Source of the DNA: a virus
Lineage: Duplodnaviria; Caudoviricetes
Virus record (IMG/VR): IMGVR_UViG_3300027780_000006
Location: 15,753-79,752 of that record
DNA: 64,000 bases
Reading direction: 5' to 3' (one strand)
The position numbers and the translations under genes were made by a program. This document shows, in pieces, positions 20,187 to 30,650 of this stretch; position 1 is the first letter of the stretch; each line of letters starts with the position of its first letter. The notes below the pieces were generated by a model. The model was given only the letters and a program-made list of their open reading frames with translations, was not told the DNA's origin and searched no databases.

Positions 20187-21105
20187 TAAAAACTCCTATA
20201 ATATTTGGTACTTTTGATTCGTCCAGACTTAAAATTTCTTGAAGATACATTATTAGTTCTTCTGAAATTGTCATATCTTGATGTAAATTAAGAGTTGCTT
20301 CCATCTCTCGTCTTACAACTTTTTTATCAAGTAGTTCAGTATTCTTAACTTTAGCTAAGTCTTGAACATCCCCTTCTAATTCATATATAGTATGGTGAAA
20401 TTCGGTCTGAACCATATCCTCTGGGTTACTAGTATTGGTACGAATGAGTTGTGGTAAATCAAATCTACCCCACTTCCAATCTGTACCTTCTATTAGTAGA
20501 TACCCCGTTTGGACCTGATTTCTATGAAATGATGTTGTCATTGGACTGCCTGGGTACACAATATTTCTTTGAGTATTCTCGTGAGCATGTAAATCTCCAG
20601 CAAACACAACTTTAAACTTATCAAATCTTTCTAAATCTACTTCTGGTACTACATGAGGTGGTATTTCTCCACGAACATGAGTGTATAAAATCTCTGCATC
20701 AATATTTTCTATTGCATCTTTTCTATGTAAGTCTGCGTAAGGTAATATTGCCCAGTTATCTTCGTAATATGTAGTGTCAATAACTTCCACTAAGGGATTG
20801 ATACTACTTGTAACTTTCTTCAAATTACTGAAAAAAGTTTTGTTCTTTCGGGTTGCTTCATGGTTTCCGTCATAAATGATTGTTCTTACATTAACTTTCT
20901 TTATAAAATCAAAGTATAAAGTTAACTCATCCATGCTAGGGACTCGATCAAACAAGTCCCCACCAATGATGTGTAAGTCACAATTATTTTCCGCAATAAC
21001 TTCCTCTATCTGTTCAAAGAACATATTGTAGCGAGCACAAGCCCATGCTACAGGTACATTTTTCTGACCTAACTTAATATGCCAGTCTGCGGTAAATAAT
21101 ATCAT
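20155..21105 (-). CDS. D12: SbcD/Mre11-like nuclease (T5 D12-like)
   Basis: ADWH, GDLFD, GNHE and GDLH motifs; start set at MILFTADWH (ATGA overlap with the peroxiredoxin stop). Confidence 0.92.
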   Translation of the reverse strand: MILFTADWHIKLGQKNVPVAWACARYNMFFEQIEEVIAENNCDLHIIGGDLFDRVPSMDELTLYFDFIKKVNVRTIIYDGNHEATRKNKTFFSNLKKVTSSINPLVEVIDTTYYEDNWAILPYADLHRKDAIENIDAEILYTHVRGEIPPHVVPEVDLERFDKFKVVFAGDLHAHENTQRNIVYPGSPMTTSFHRNQVQTGYLLIEGTDWKWGRFDLPQLIRTNTSNPEDMVQTEFHHTIYELEGDVQDLAKVKNTELLDKKVVRREMEATLNLHQDMTISEELIMYLQEILSLDESKVPNIIGVFNDYSKEAEVG

Positions 21106-21623
21106 CCTACGAAATCCTCTCCAGGTTGCCATTCACATCCTGTAAGTCCACCAGCTTTTAAAGCTTGTAGTGTTCTAAGAACTTCTTGAGCATTTCTGCC
21201 TGTGTCAAGTGCGTTTACACTTACATGTTGCACAATATCATTTCTATCAATGATATATGTAGCTCTATAACAAACACCTTCATCCTCATCTACTATTCCT
21301 AGTTTAGAAGATAACCCTAGTCCGCAATCAGCAGCTAGGGAGTGATGTATGCCATCTATAAGTTTATTAGTTTGTTTCCAAGCTAGTTTACAAAACTCAT
21401 TATCGCCACTTATACCTATTACATTAGCATCATCTACTAATATATCCATCCCCAAGATTTCTGTTGGGCATATAAAGGTAAAGTCTTTTGGGTAGAAATA
21501 GATAACTGTGAAATCATGTTTTAATGGCTCGTAGTGTTCAGTAACTGAAACGTCTACAAACTCATTATTTTCATCCACACCCTTCAAATTAAAATGAGGG
21601 AATCTTTCTCCTACTCCGATCAT
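21102..21623 (-). CDS. ahpC: Peroxiredoxin (AhpC/TSA)
   Basis: FYPKDFTFICPTE peroxidatic Cys, RATYIID, and C-terminal GCEW. Confidence 0.9.
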   Translation of the reverse strand: MIGVGERFPHFNLKGVDENNEFVDVSVTEHYEPLKHDFTVIYFYPKDFTFICPTEILGMDILVDDANVIGISGDNEFCKLAWKQTNKLIDGIHHSLAADCGLGLSSKLGIVDEDEGVCYRATYIIDRNDIVQHVSVNALDTGRNAQEVLRTLQALKAGGLTGCEWQPGEDFVG

Positions 21624-22249
21624 GATACGTCGAATTCTGAGTCTACAGTCTCCGCAGCACCGTCTTGATTATTAATTCTTCTAAGTAGTTCCAACTGAGC
21701 ATCTGCTGTTGGTCTTGAAAGAACATCATCCATAGATTTAAGGTCTGCGACTAAAGCTTTTTCTTCGTCGTTTAATTCACGATTTTTGCACTTTAAAACT
21801 TGAAGCTGGTATTCCACGTTAAATACTTGTGGTCCAGTTTTCTTTCTTTTAAAATTAATGTCATAACCTGTTACTGGGTCTGTTGGATCACCTAAGTCTT
21901 CCATAGCCACAATAATTTGGTCAAACAATTTTCTTTTAAGATTCAATACTTTAACTGACATATCTGAATAATCTATACATTGGACCGCATAAGACCAGCC
22001 ACACTTTAAGTCTGGGTAGAAGTCTTTTACATGGTCGTGTTCGATATTGTTAAAGGTCTCAGAATTTCTGTCGAATGACAAACATTCCATAGGAATATTC
22101 TTGTTATTCTCACCTTTAATCCAGTAGACATATCTAGGTAATAAATCGCCCACTAGTCTTACCTTGTGGTCTTCTTTATCAGCGTAGTTATAAGTTGATA
22201 TTTTATCTTTTTGGGCTGAGCCCTTGGTTACATTAAAGCCTATTGCCAT
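21620..22249 (-). CDS. D11: T5 D11-like ssDNA-binding protein
   Basis: RLVGDLLPRYVYW..ECLSFDR motif, acidic C-terminus and T5 position. Confidence 0.8.
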   Translation of the reverse strand: MAIGFNVTKGSAQKDKISTYNYADKEDHKVRLVGDLLPRYVYWIKGENNKNIPMECLSFDRNSETFNNIEHDHVKDFYPDLKCGWSYAVQCIDYSDMSVKVLNLKRKLFDQIIVAMEDLGDPTDPVTGYDINFKRKKTGPQVFNVEYQLQVLKCKNRELNDEEKALVADLKSMDDVLSRPTADAQLELLRRINNQDGAAETVDSEFDVS

Positions 22250-22261
22250 AATTTTTCTCCG

Positions 22262-22648
22262 TTATATTGTCTCCTCAAACATAAAGTGAATCCTGCCATC
22301 CTTTACATCGAGCAGTCTGTTTTTAGTTATAATTTCTTCTGACACTGGTAGCATCAGAAGATCTAGTGTGGAGTCTTTGGTTTGCCTATACTCATAGTAA
22401 CTGCGGAACGATGCGACTCCTGCATATTCCACTACTTCTTTATCTGAGTAGCTGCGACCGACATTCAATAATTTCTCAGGATTCAAGAGAAACGATTGAC
22501 CGCCATAGTAGTGTTCATAAAATTTAAACACTCGGTCATTATAGTTTTTTGGTGTGAGTTTAAAAGTAATAATTCGCAGGATTGTGATAGTATCTAACAC
22601 ATTTCCTTTGCTTACTTTGAGTATTTCATTCCAATTAAATAATAACAT
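22262..22648 (-). CDS. Conserved T5-like hypothetical protein
   Basis: 128 aa between D10 and D11, as in T5. Confidence 0.6.
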   Translation of the reverse strand: MLLFNWNEILKVSKGNVLDTITILRIITFKLTPKNYNDRVFKFYEHYYGGQSFLLNPEKLLNVGRSYSDKEVVEYAGVASFRSYYEYRQTKDSTLDLLMLPVSEEIITKNRLLDVKDGRIHFMFEETI

Positions 22649-22677
22649 ATTATATCAAATTTATAAGATTCTGTCAA
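22649..22677 (-). promoter_or_regulatory. sigma70-type promoter (D11-D13)
   Basis: TTGACA-17-TATAAT with upstream AAAATAGTTC. Confidence 0.85.
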
Positions 22678-22680
22678 GAA

Positions 22681-23583
22681 CTATTTTTCATTATCTTCGT
22701 AGGGACGACTACTTCTAATTTTTCCAATATCATCCGCTGCCATTGTTGCGTGAACGCCTTGCGCTGCCATATCTATAAGCTTTCCTTGATAAATATAACT
22801 ACCACAATGCATTAGTTCAATCATAGGTAGAGTCCAAATATCTATCCCTAGCTTTCTAACATTTTCGCAAAACATATAATCTTCACTTAGATATCTGTTT
22901 TGATCATTAATTATGCAATCAAAATAAGCATGGATTTTTTCTCCTGTTTTAAAGTCTCCTTCCCTTAAATGGTCTGGAGTATATTCTAGTTCAGGGTGGG
23001 CTTCTGCATACTCTTCAAATACACTTCTGTGTATCATCATAAATCCAGTACCTGCTTCTCTAACTTTTACAGGTTCAAATATAGGAGCTCTACCTTCTGG
23101 GTATTCTTCATGATCTGGATTAAATACCATATCCCCTGCTACTTTTTCTAGTGCCATAGGGTTTTCATCATAGTTTCCGCTTTTAGCTGCTCTTAATACT
23201 TTTTCCCATGCAATAGTCTTTTTAGGGTATAGCCCTGTCATAACTCTGTATTTATCTGTATCTTCTGCTACTAAATGAGTCATATACATTAAATCCATAG
23301 CTTTCCAAGATATATCACTATCTATAAATAATAAATGAGTTGCTGAAGATTTTAGAAAATTAGCAACACAATAGTTCCTTGCTCTAGTAACTAAAGACTC
23401 ATTAAATAGATAGTATAATTCCATTGGAATACCATAATTCATCATTTGAGAAGTTGTGTCCATTAAAGACTTGGTATATAATCCATAGCACTGTCCTCCG
23501 TACATAGGAGTAGCTAGATAGATATGCATTTTTCTCATTGCTTCTAAATTTAATTGAATGTTTTTTGTTTCTGTTTGTGTCAT
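22681..23583 (-). CDS. GT2-like glycosyltransferase
   Basis: ATPMYGG, ESLVTRARN, THLLFIDSDI (DxD), GTGFMMI and SEDYMFC. Confidence 0.8.
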   Translation of the reverse strand: MTQTETKNIQLNLEAMRKMHIYLATPMYGGQCYGLYTKSLMDTTSQMMNYGIPMELYYLFNESLVTRARNYCVANFLKSSATHLLFIDSDISWKAMDLMYMTHLVAEDTDKYRVMTGLYPKKTIAWEKVLRAAKSGNYDENPMALEKVAGDMVFNPDHEEYPEGRAPIFEPVKVREAGTGFMMIHRSVFEEYAEAHPELEYTPDHLREGDFKTGEKIHAYFDCIINDQNRYLSEDYMFCENVRKLGIDIWTLPMIELMHCGSYIYQGKLIDMAAQGVHATMAADDIGKIRSSRPYEDNEK

Positions 23584-24860
23584 AGTATGGCTACCTCATA
23601 GCCTTGTCTCATATAATATCCCAATCGTGCATTTGCTTGACGGGATGCTGTTTTTCCTTTTAAGTTAATATCTACAATGACAGGTTGTATCTTGCCATCC
23701 ATTTTTCGGACTACTCTACCGATAAGCTGCGTTAGTAAAGGTTCATTATTTACTGGTGTTCCTAATACTAAACAGCTTAATTCATTTAATGATATACCTT
23801 CTGAAAAAATAGATTGAGTGCCGAACAATATATTTTTATTTGTTCTCACTTCTTCCATAGCCTCATCTCTTTCTTCAAAACTCATATCACCTGTTATTGA
23901 TACTGCTTTGTCTCCTACTAGAGCTGAACATCTTTTTAGAAAATGTACTCTATCTGAAACAACCAATACCTTATGTCCTTGTGCTGCATATTTTGCAGCT
24001 ATCATACTCACACTATGGACATATTCTTCATTGTGAGTAAGGTCGTTAATTCGTTCTGCCCAAGGCGTAAACGAACCATCTATAAATCTTATATCTGTTC
24101 TATAGATATCTATTTTAGGTATCATATAGTTTTCTTTTGGCGGTTTAAAAACATTGTGCCCAAAGTAATCTCTAAATACTACATGCCGTCCGTCTTTTCT
24201 TTCTAGTGTTCCTGTTAAACCTATCTTAAATCTACAAGGCATTTCATCTACTATACGAGTAAATGTTGGACTCGATACATGATGCATTTCGTCTAATATA
24301 ACTGTTCCGAATAAATGTTTTATATCGTCAATTTTTCTGTATAAACTCTGAATATTCCCGATTACGATAGGAGCATCAATATCAAACTTACCACCACCTA
24401 TAACGCCTGCTTTAATTCCAAAGCATTTTTCTACTTCTTTTTCCCACTGCGATCTTAATGAAGTTGTATGGGTAACAACTAGTGTTTTCTGTTTAAGTTT
24501 TGCTGCTATAGCCAAACCTGTAAATGTCTTTCCCCAACTTACCCAAGCGTTAACTATACTATTGTCATCGATCTCGTCATAAACCGCCTGTTGGCTTGGT
24601 CGTAAATCAAACTTAAACTTAGGAAAGTCTGCTTCCACACTAACCCTTTTATCGAAAACTTCAAAGTCTTCTGGGATTAAATCTATTCTTCCTACTGGTA
24701 TAGAAATTAACCCGTCTCTAATATACCTTATTGTTTTAAAAACCATAGGAGGGTCTTGAGGCATACGAGGAGGTAAAGTATATGTTAACTCCTTTTCTAT
24801 TTTATTAAAAAGAGCAGGTGTACCCATTATTTGTATTCTATTTTTTATTACTGCTTTCAT
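23580..24860 (-). CDS. D10: Superfamily 2 helicase (T5 D10-like)
   Basis: LRPSQ, SWGKT, DEMH, GLTGT and QLIGRVVR. Confidence 0.92.
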   Translation of the reverse strand: MKAVIKNRIQIMGTPALFNKIEKELTYTLPPRMPQDPPMVFKTIRYIRDGLISIPVGRIDLIPEDFEVFDKRVSVEADFPKFKFDLRPSQQAVYDEIDDNSIVNAWVSWGKTFTGLAIAAKLKQKTLVVTHTTSLRSQWEKEVEKCFGIKAGVIGGGKFDIDAPIVIGNIQSLYRKIDDIKHLFGTVILDEMHHVSSPTFTRIVDEMPCRFKIGLTGTLERKDGRHVVFRDYFGHNVFKPPKENYMIPKIDIYRTDIRFIDGSFTPWAERINDLTHNEEYVHSVSMIAAKYAAQGHKVLVVSDRVHFLKRCSALVGDKAVSITGDMSFEERDEAMEEVRTNKNILFGTQSIFSEGISLNELSCLVLGTPVNNEPLLTQLIGRVVRKMDGKIQPVIVDINLKGKTASRQANARLGYYMRQGYEVAIL

Positions 24861-25245
24861 TTATTCTATTCCTTAGCGTACTACTAGAGAAGGAATGTTG
24901 TCTACTTGTAAAGTAAACATCTTTCACTAAATCTGCCCCGGTAAAACCTTTGTTTTTATAATCTTCTCCTACAAATCTAATATCTATCTTAGTAGCTTCT
25001 AATAAGTCTCGTAAACTTTGTTCTGTATCATAGGGTATAATTTCGTCTATATACTTTACTGCTCTAAGTTGGATATATCTTTCGTATACGGACTGTACGG
25101 GTTGATTTTTCTGCTGTCTATCAATGCTCGGGTCTGTTTGCAGTCCTACTATAAGATACTCACAATTTTCACTAGCCTCTTTTAACATAACTACATGTCC
25201 TGCATGTAATAAATCAAAAGCGCCACAAGTAAATCCTACTATCAT
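24838..25245 (-). CDS. Cytidylyltransferase (TagD/RfaE-like)
   Basis: GAFDLLHAGH (HxGH), GLQTDPS and SFSSSTLR. Confidence 0.9.
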   Translation of the reverse strand: MIVGFTCGAFDLLHAGHVVMLKEASENCEYLIVGLQTDPSIDRQQKNQPVQSVYERYIQLRAVKYIDEIIPYDTEQSLRDLLEATKIDIRFVGEDYKNKGFTGADLVKDVYFTSRQHSFSSSTLRNRINESSNKK

Positions 25246-26747
25246 AATGAGTCTAAGAAGTCTAAATCTTGTCTATGCCATATGTCTTGTAGTTTGTCTA
25301 CATTATTATTCCAAGGACTTGACCACCCTGTTTTGTTCTTTCTTTCTCTAACATGTTTTGGTAGCATATCCCCAAGAACTTCTCGTAATAAATATTTATA
25401 AGTACCTTTGTGCCAGCCAGGATGTTGTTTAAATTTTTCGACTCCACTATGCTGAAATATATATTGAACATAATTTTGAGATAAAAATACTGGTCTTGAT
25501 TCCATTCCAAACATACCACAAGTTTGGTCTGTGGTTAATATGTTCTGTTCAGAAGTAGCTAATAAATCAATAAACAATCCATTATTCCATGAATCTGTTT
25601 TGGAAAACACACCACTAGGGAACCAGTCATATTTTTTTACTCTTTTTACACTTTCGTTGTCGTAGCCTGGCTCGAATCTCTTCTTATGATGTATATAACC
25701 TGTATAAAGTTCATCAGCACTATCTCCTGTAAGTATTACTTTACAACCATCTCTACTAGCTGCCTGACATAATTTATATCTAGGGGCTTGTCTGTTTCTA
25801 TCTACCCAAGTATAGTGTGTGTTTGCTATCCAAGACTTACCAAGATGCCCCACTTCTAGTTGATGTAGTTGTACAAGTTTATAAGGTACCCCCCACTCTT
25901 TACAGGTCTTTACAGCCATTCTTGACTCTTCTCTAAACCCGTCTTGATCGTTTATAGAACCCTTGCTTTCATCATATTCTAATATGTATGCAGTTAAATC
26001 AATATTCATATCTTTCACTACAGAAAGCGCAAAGGTACTATCCAATCCTCCACTAAGAAATATTCCTGTTTTTTGTTTATTCTTAGCAACTTTTTGTATA
26101 GAGCTTATAGTTTTTTCTCTAAATGCTTTCAAGTCAAACTTCTTAGACCTTATTTGATAATCTTGCCATAAATTTTTTCTAGAAAGGTTCATTGTTTTTA
26201 AATCAACCGTTACTATTTCACCAGGACCTACTTTAGCAATATTATGATAAGGAGTACGGTTGCCTATCCAAAGAGGATTAAACATAAAGTCTTTATCTTG
26301 CTTCTTGTCTCTTTTCTTTATTATAAAACTTTTGAGACTTGTTGAAGCTGCAAAATGTTTTCCTTTTCTATAGAACCATAAAGGTTTTGATCCAAATTGA
26401 TCTCTTACTAGGGTTAGTGTTTGCTTTTTAGGGTTATATATAGCTATACTACCGTGCCAATTAGTATACTGCAAAAAAGCTAAGCCATAGGTTTCATACC
26501 CATTAGCTAAGAATTGTGTATCATTTGGTTTTATTGAGTCGTACATTTCACCATTGAATACTATTATATTTCCTTTTTTTGTTACTAAAGGCTGTGCTTG
26601 AGCTTCCCCACTAATATCTAGTAGAGCGTGTCCCATTGCGATTTTGTCATCCGCCCAGAACCCTACAGAGTCTGGCCCACGAAATCTTTGTTTCTCTAAC
26701 ATGGTTACTACCATATTTTTATTTTGTGTTACTACGAATCCGCACAT
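25242..26747 (-). CDS. asnB: Asparagine synthase (glutamine-hydrolysing)-like amidotransferase
   Basis: MCGF N-terminal Cys, RGPD, FNGEMY, RDQFGSKPL, LSGGLDS and ESRPVFL. Confidence 0.88.
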   Translation of the reverse strand: MCGFVVTQNKNMVVTMLEKQRFRGPDSVGFWADDKIAMGHALLDISGEAQAQPLVTKKGNIIVFNGEMYDSIKPNDTQFLANGYETYGLAFLQYTNWHGSIAIYNPKKQTLTLVRDQFGSKPLWFYRKGKHFAASTSLKSFIIKKRDKKQDKDFMFNPLWIGNRTPYHNIAKVGPGEIVTVDLKTMNLSRKNLWQDYQIRSKKFDLKAFREKTISSIQKVAKNKQKTGIFLSGGLDSTFALSVVKDMNIDLTAYILEYDESKGSINDQDGFREESRMAVKTCKEWGVPYKLVQLHQLEVGHLGKSWIANTHYTWVDRNRQAPRYKLCQAASRDGCKVILTGDSADELYTGYIHHKKRFEPGYDNESVKRVKKYDWFPSGVFSKTDSWNNGLFIDLLATSEQNILTTDQTCGMFGMESRPVFLSQNYVQYIFQHSGVEKFKQHPGWHKGTYKYLLREVLGDMLPKHVRERKNKTGWSSPWNNNVDKLQDIWHRQDLDFLDSL

Positions 26748-27283
26748 TATACTTCTCTGAACTCCCCTCTATTGAATATACTCATATCTTTTTTTATTTT
26801 GTGGCAATCAAATGCTAAACTGATTCTGTATTTTTTACTTGTATTTGGTTTTACTTCATGAAATAACTTACAACCAAACCATTGTAAGTCTCCGGGAGTA
26901 CTAGGAACGTTTCCTATCCAATCGTACTCTGTACCTATACTTTCCTCCCCTGAGATGAATAAGTTACCACATTTAAAAGAACCTTCTTTAGTTGTACAGT
27001 GTTTGTGTCTTGGAACTCCTTCTCCTTCTCGCAATAAATTAGCCCAGCACTGTACTACATGAGGTGTTTCTAAAATATATTTTAGTTTAGGTACTAAGAA
27101 ATCAAAGTCATCTAGCCAGTTATAAGATGCAAATTTATTAGTGAGTCCTGTAAACCCATTTTTCCATCTAGTAGGTAAACTAAGAACATATTTTTCTTTG
27201 GCTATTACTGTTTGTTCTATTTCTTTTATTTCTTCAGGAGTAATCCAGTTACTGTATGTTATCACTTCTTCTCCTTTAACCAC
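26747..27283 (-). CDS. 2OG-Fe(II) oxygenase-like protein
   Basis: WANL..HKH..LFHEV..RISLAFD. Confidence 0.75.
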   Translation of the reverse strand: MVKGEEVITYSNWITPEEIKEIEQTVIAKEKYVLSLPTRWKNGFTGLTNKFASYNWLDDFDFLVPKLKYILETPHVVQCWANLLREGEGVPRHKHCTTKEGSFKCGNLFISGEESIGTEYDWIGNVPSTPGDLQWFGCKLFHEVKPNTSKKYRISLAFDCHKIKKDMSIFNRGEFREV

Positions 27284-27783
27284 ATTACAAAACTTAATTT
27301 TCTACCCTCTACTAAATCAGATACTCTATGCATCATAGTAGATCTGTAAAATATAGCATCTCCTTTTTTTAAATTTAAAATAGGATTTGCTTTTAATTCA
27401 AAGTTTGCTCCTTCGTATTCCCAGGGCTCTGATAAATTAATAGATACAGAAACATCAGATATACTAGGTTCCGCATGCCACTCTAGCCCTTGCCCCGGAG
27501 TACTGTACTCCATAATATGTGCGTAAATTTGCGGTGCTTTAGGAAACTTAAGATCTAAATTATAGTATTCATTTGCCATATTTCTTAAAGGTCTTAGGTG
27601 TTTAGTCATACCTCTTATGGTATAATATATTCTATTCACCATATGTATGTCTCTTTTATTTTTTGTTTTTAAACCTACTTCCAATGTAGGATTAGCATCA
27701 AATATTCTTGTGAAAGCAGCGTAATCTTCGCACTCATGGGAAGATAAAAAGTTTTTTACTATAAAGTAATCTTGTTTTTTCAT
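27262..27783 (-). CDS. 2OG-Fe(II) oxygenase (PKHD-like)
   Basis: WHAE, YEGANFEL, GDAIFY..HRV..RKLSFVMW. Confidence 0.8.
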   Translation of the reverse strand: MKKQDYFIVKNFLSSHECEDYAAFTRIFDANPTLEVGLKTKNKRDIHMVNRIYYTIRGMTKHLRPLRNMANEYYNLDLKFPKAPQIYAHIMEYSTPGQGLEWHAEPSISDVSVSINLSEPWEYEGANFELKANPILNLKKGDAIFYRSTMMHRVSDLVEGRKLSFVMWLKEKK

Positions 27784-27968
27784 TTCTTTTTCCTGTTCTC
27801 AAACCAAACTCCAGTCACGAATATTAATGCCCATGGCCATAAGTTAATGAACCATGTGTTATTTAAAATTGATTCTATCATTTCTTTTTCCTAAATTGTT
27901 TGTTGGCATTACGCTGGAAACTCCACTCAAAGAATTTACTAATTGCGTTGCTTATCATTTCTTGTAAT

Positions 27969-28529
27969 TTAAACATCTTTCATAGTCCTACTTGCTTGAC
28001 TTTGTATAATAATCGGGTCTAAAGTGAGAAAGGGAGCATGGTATTTTTCTATATAGTTCCACTCTGCTGATAGAGTATTAAATTTATAATCTTTAAGTTT
28101 GTTTAGTACTTCCCCTAGTGTTTGTTGGTCCCAAATCATGGAGTCTTCCTTTTGGTGTTCTTCCCATTGCTTAACTAAATCTAAATTATTTAAATTGTAT
28201 GGTATGTAAATAGTAGCTGAAATAAGTTCATTTACTTTTTTACCTTCGTGTTCCCATTGAAGAAGGTAAAACATCATAGTATCTCCAAATAACTCATGTA
28301 AGGGAAGTTCTCTTAATATCATAGCATCCGCGTCTAAATAAAGTATATCGTCTTCATACTCTTGCATAGCTCTAAAAATTACCTCAGGCTTTTGGGCACA
28401 ATTCTTTTCCCAACAACCTCTATCTTCGACTTCATATATAGTATAATCATACCCAAATTTTTCAATACTAGCTGTAAGGTTTTTAACTATATGCGAATAA
28501 CTTGGAGTATAAAAAGCTACTATTCTCAT
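27969..28529 (-). CDS. Nucleotide-diphospho-sugar transferase-like glycosyltransferase
   Basis: KPEVI..ILYLDAD (DxD)..WDQQTL. Confidence 0.75.
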   Translation of the reverse strand: MRIVAFYTPSYSHIVKNLTASIEKFGYDYTIYEVEDRGCWEKNCAQKPEVIFRAMQEYEDDILYLDADAMILRELPLHELFGDTMMFYLLQWEHEGKKVNELISATIYIPYNLNNLDLVKQWEEHQKEDSMIWDQQTLGEVLNKLKDYKFNTLSAEWNYIEKYHAPFLTLDPIIIQSQASRTMKDV

Positions 28530-28792
28530 TATTCGCCCTCTATCCTATGCCAACTATTTATTGTTTCTACATCAATATCATCCCATCTTTGAAATTCTAC
28601 ATCATAGGCTAGGCATTTATCCATTTGATTTGCACTCTGTTTAAAAGTTAACCCCTTTCCGTCTGGTATATACATAGGACACGTTGTTAACTCTCTTTCT
28701 TTCAATTCTCCACTAAGTAAACTTGTATAGTTCACTAGGCAAATGCCGTCCTCTAAAGATCTCATTAGTTCCTCTACGTCAGCTCTATCCAT
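28529..28792 (-). CDS. Small hypothetical protein (possible WYL/Sm-like fold)
   Basis: VNYTSLLSGE..RELT..YDVEFQRWDDI pattern. Confidence 0.45.
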   Translation of the reverse strand: MDRADVEELMRSLEDGICLVNYTSLLSGELKERELTTCPMYIPDGKGLTFKQSANQMDKCLAYDVEFQRWDDIDVETINSWHRIEGE

Positions 28793-28973
28793 TATCTTCT
28801 CCTATATCTGGCATATTATCGCCATATCTTTCTCTGCATTCTTCTTCAAATTCTGAATCAAAATATGTAGAGTGTTCTGTTATTGTTTCTTTCTTCTTTT
28901 TGCTAAATATCTTATCCCAATTATCTCTGTAAGCTTCTTCATTTCCGCCTCTGCGTTTAGAACCTTTACTCAC
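28785..28973 (-). CDS. Small hypothetical protein
   Basis: 62 aa, coupled to neighbours (MSKGSKRR..YRDNWDKIF). Confidence 0.55.
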   Translation of the reverse strand: MSKGSKRRGGNEEAYRDNWDKIFSKKKKETITEHSTYFDSEFEEECRERYGDNMPDIGEDNG

Positions 28974-29202
28974 AGTGCTCTATACCATGATAAGTTTTGT
29001 AGCATTTAACCTCTACAATTGTGTCTACCCCCGCATCCCAATGTCTTATTACATTTGCTATAATAAAGCAACAAGTAATAAGGTTAAGTAAGATAATACA
29101 ACTACGCATAATAGCGACAACATCAGCTTCTCTATCGTATCCAACTTTTTCTCCTAGGGACTTTGCCCATAATCTCCATAAATTCATTATACCTTTCTCC
29201 AA
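28966..29202 (-). CDS. Small membrane protein
   Basis: Hydrophobic stretch CIILLNLITCCFIIANVI. Confidence 0.55.
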   Translation of the reverse strand: MEKGIMNLWRLWAKSLGEKVGYDREADVVAIMRSCIILLNLITCCFIIANVIRHWDAGVDTIVEVKCYKTYHGIEHCE

Positions 29203-29660
29203 GTATCTTTTTTCTTTTCTTCACAATACTCCCAAATTTTCCATGGAAGCCCCGATAAATGCAACACTCCTGCCCAGCTACAGTTAGAAGGGGGAGGTCT
29301 GCGTTCTTTAAATGGAAAAGGAATACCCTTTAACCATACAATAGTAGCAACATCTTTCAGTTGACGCTTTAATATCTTATGATAAATAAGCTTAGCATTT
29401 CTACTTTTTTCTTTTATTACAATATTTCCTTTACTATCTATAAAGGTTGTTCCTCTATGCTTTAACATACCGATTTCATCTTCAATCATATATCTTAAAG
29501 GATAGATACTTTTCATTGGCGTTTGTAATCTTCTAATCCCTAGCTCCTCGCCTTGCATGTTCTTGTCATCTAGTACTTGGTCATCTAACCAAAGTATGCC
29601 ATCTAGTTCTTCTACATTATCACTATGTATTACATAAATTGGGTAATAAACTTTTTGCAT
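29187..29660 (-). CDS. Conserved T5-like hypothetical protein
   Basis: 157 aa in the polymerase-D10 interval; YYPIYVI..LGIRRLQTP. Confidence 0.55.
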   Translation of the reverse strand: MQKVYYPIYVIHSDNVEELDGILWLDDQVLDDKNMQGEELGIRRLQTPMKSIYPLRYMIEDEIGMLKHRGTTFIDSKGNIVIKEKSRNAKLIYHKILKRQLKDVATIVWLKGIPFPFKERRPPPSNCSWAGVLHLSGLPWKIWEYCEEKKKDTWRKV

Positions 29661-30166
29661 GTATCCTCGTACGATGTATCAAATAACGATATTTTAAATA
29701 GTATTCTTTCTTTATCATTATTTTGTACCATATGTTCTGCTTGTGTATTTAAAATAGCACTTTTATACTTAAAATTTCCATTTCTAAAAGATACTTTAGC
29801 TGAATTATCATTTATAATCCAATTAAAAGCACACTTTGTACCCCAGTCTTTATGCCATTTTATTTTTGTGTTAGGAGCAATATAAACAAATTTCATATTA
29901 AACTTACCTTGTATATTTACTCCAAAGTGACTTTTTGCAATAGGAAGCAACTCTGGGTAGTTTATATGTGCAAAAGTATACCCCTCAACTCTTTCCTCTT
30001 TATTACCATGATGATAGAACTGTTTTCTAGTCTCCTGCATAGCTTTATCCATTAGCCATTCTTTATCAACATCCAAGTCAAAAGGTAATATATTATTTCT
30101 TATTGCTTGAAGTAACTGTTGTTGTTTACTATTTAATGTCATACATTTCCTTAAATCTTTCTCCAT
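29630..30166 (-). CDS. Cupin/2OG-Fe(II) oxygenase-like protein
   Basis: WHKD..EHMV..RILFKIS (HxD...H...R). Confidence 0.65.
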   Translation of the reverse strand: MEKDLRKCMTLNSKQQQLLQAIRNNILPFDLDVDKEWLMDKAMQETRKQFYHHGNKEERVEGYTFAHINYPELLPIAKSHFGVNIQGKFNMKFVYIAPNTKIKWHKDWGTKCAFNWIINDNSAKVSFRNGNFKYKSAILNTQAEHMVQNNDKERILFKISLFDTSYEDTCKKFITQFM

Positions 30167-30650
30167 CAGGAATCATAACCCAGTTAGGTCTACCTGCATC
30201 ATCTAGATAAGGCTCTTTAGTAATAAGTTTCCAACCTAAACCTATAATATGTTGTGCAAATCTCTCTTCCATAACTTCACACATTGTCATGTGACTTCCT
30301 GTGTACTTCATAGCAGCTGCTATAGCATGTCTTTGTTCTTCTTTTGGGTCTCTATAGCCGGGTACCCATACTTGTCTACGCCATGCAGGGTAACTATAAG
30401 CTTCTCCATCATCACCATAGAAAGTTTTAAGAGTACAATACTGAGTTGCGCCCACCATTGCCTGAGGGTGCATTCCTTGAACACTATCATAATGCATCAG
30501 ATACCAGCCATTGTGGTCATAGTACTGTTCTAAATCTTGATAACAAGTTCCATTGTTTACTATAAAACCTTCAATTCTTAACTGTATTATTCTATATAAT
30601 TCTTCTTTTGTTAGTTCTTCCCATGTTTTACTTACGCAAATTATGCTCAT
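30129..30650 (-). CDS. ElaA-like GNAT-fold protein (paralog 1)
   Basis: ELYRIIQLRIEGFIV..CYQDLE matches the ElaA N-terminal motif. Confidence 0.65.
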   Translation of the reverse strand: MSIICVSKTWEELTKEELYRIIQLRIEGFIVNNGTCYQDLEQYYDHNGWYLMHYDSVQGMHPQAMVGATQYCTLKTFYGDDGEAYSYPAWRRQVWVPGYRDPKEEQRHAIAAAMKYTGSHMTMCEVMEERFAQHIIGLGWKLITKEPYLDDAGRPNWVMIPDGERFKEMYDIK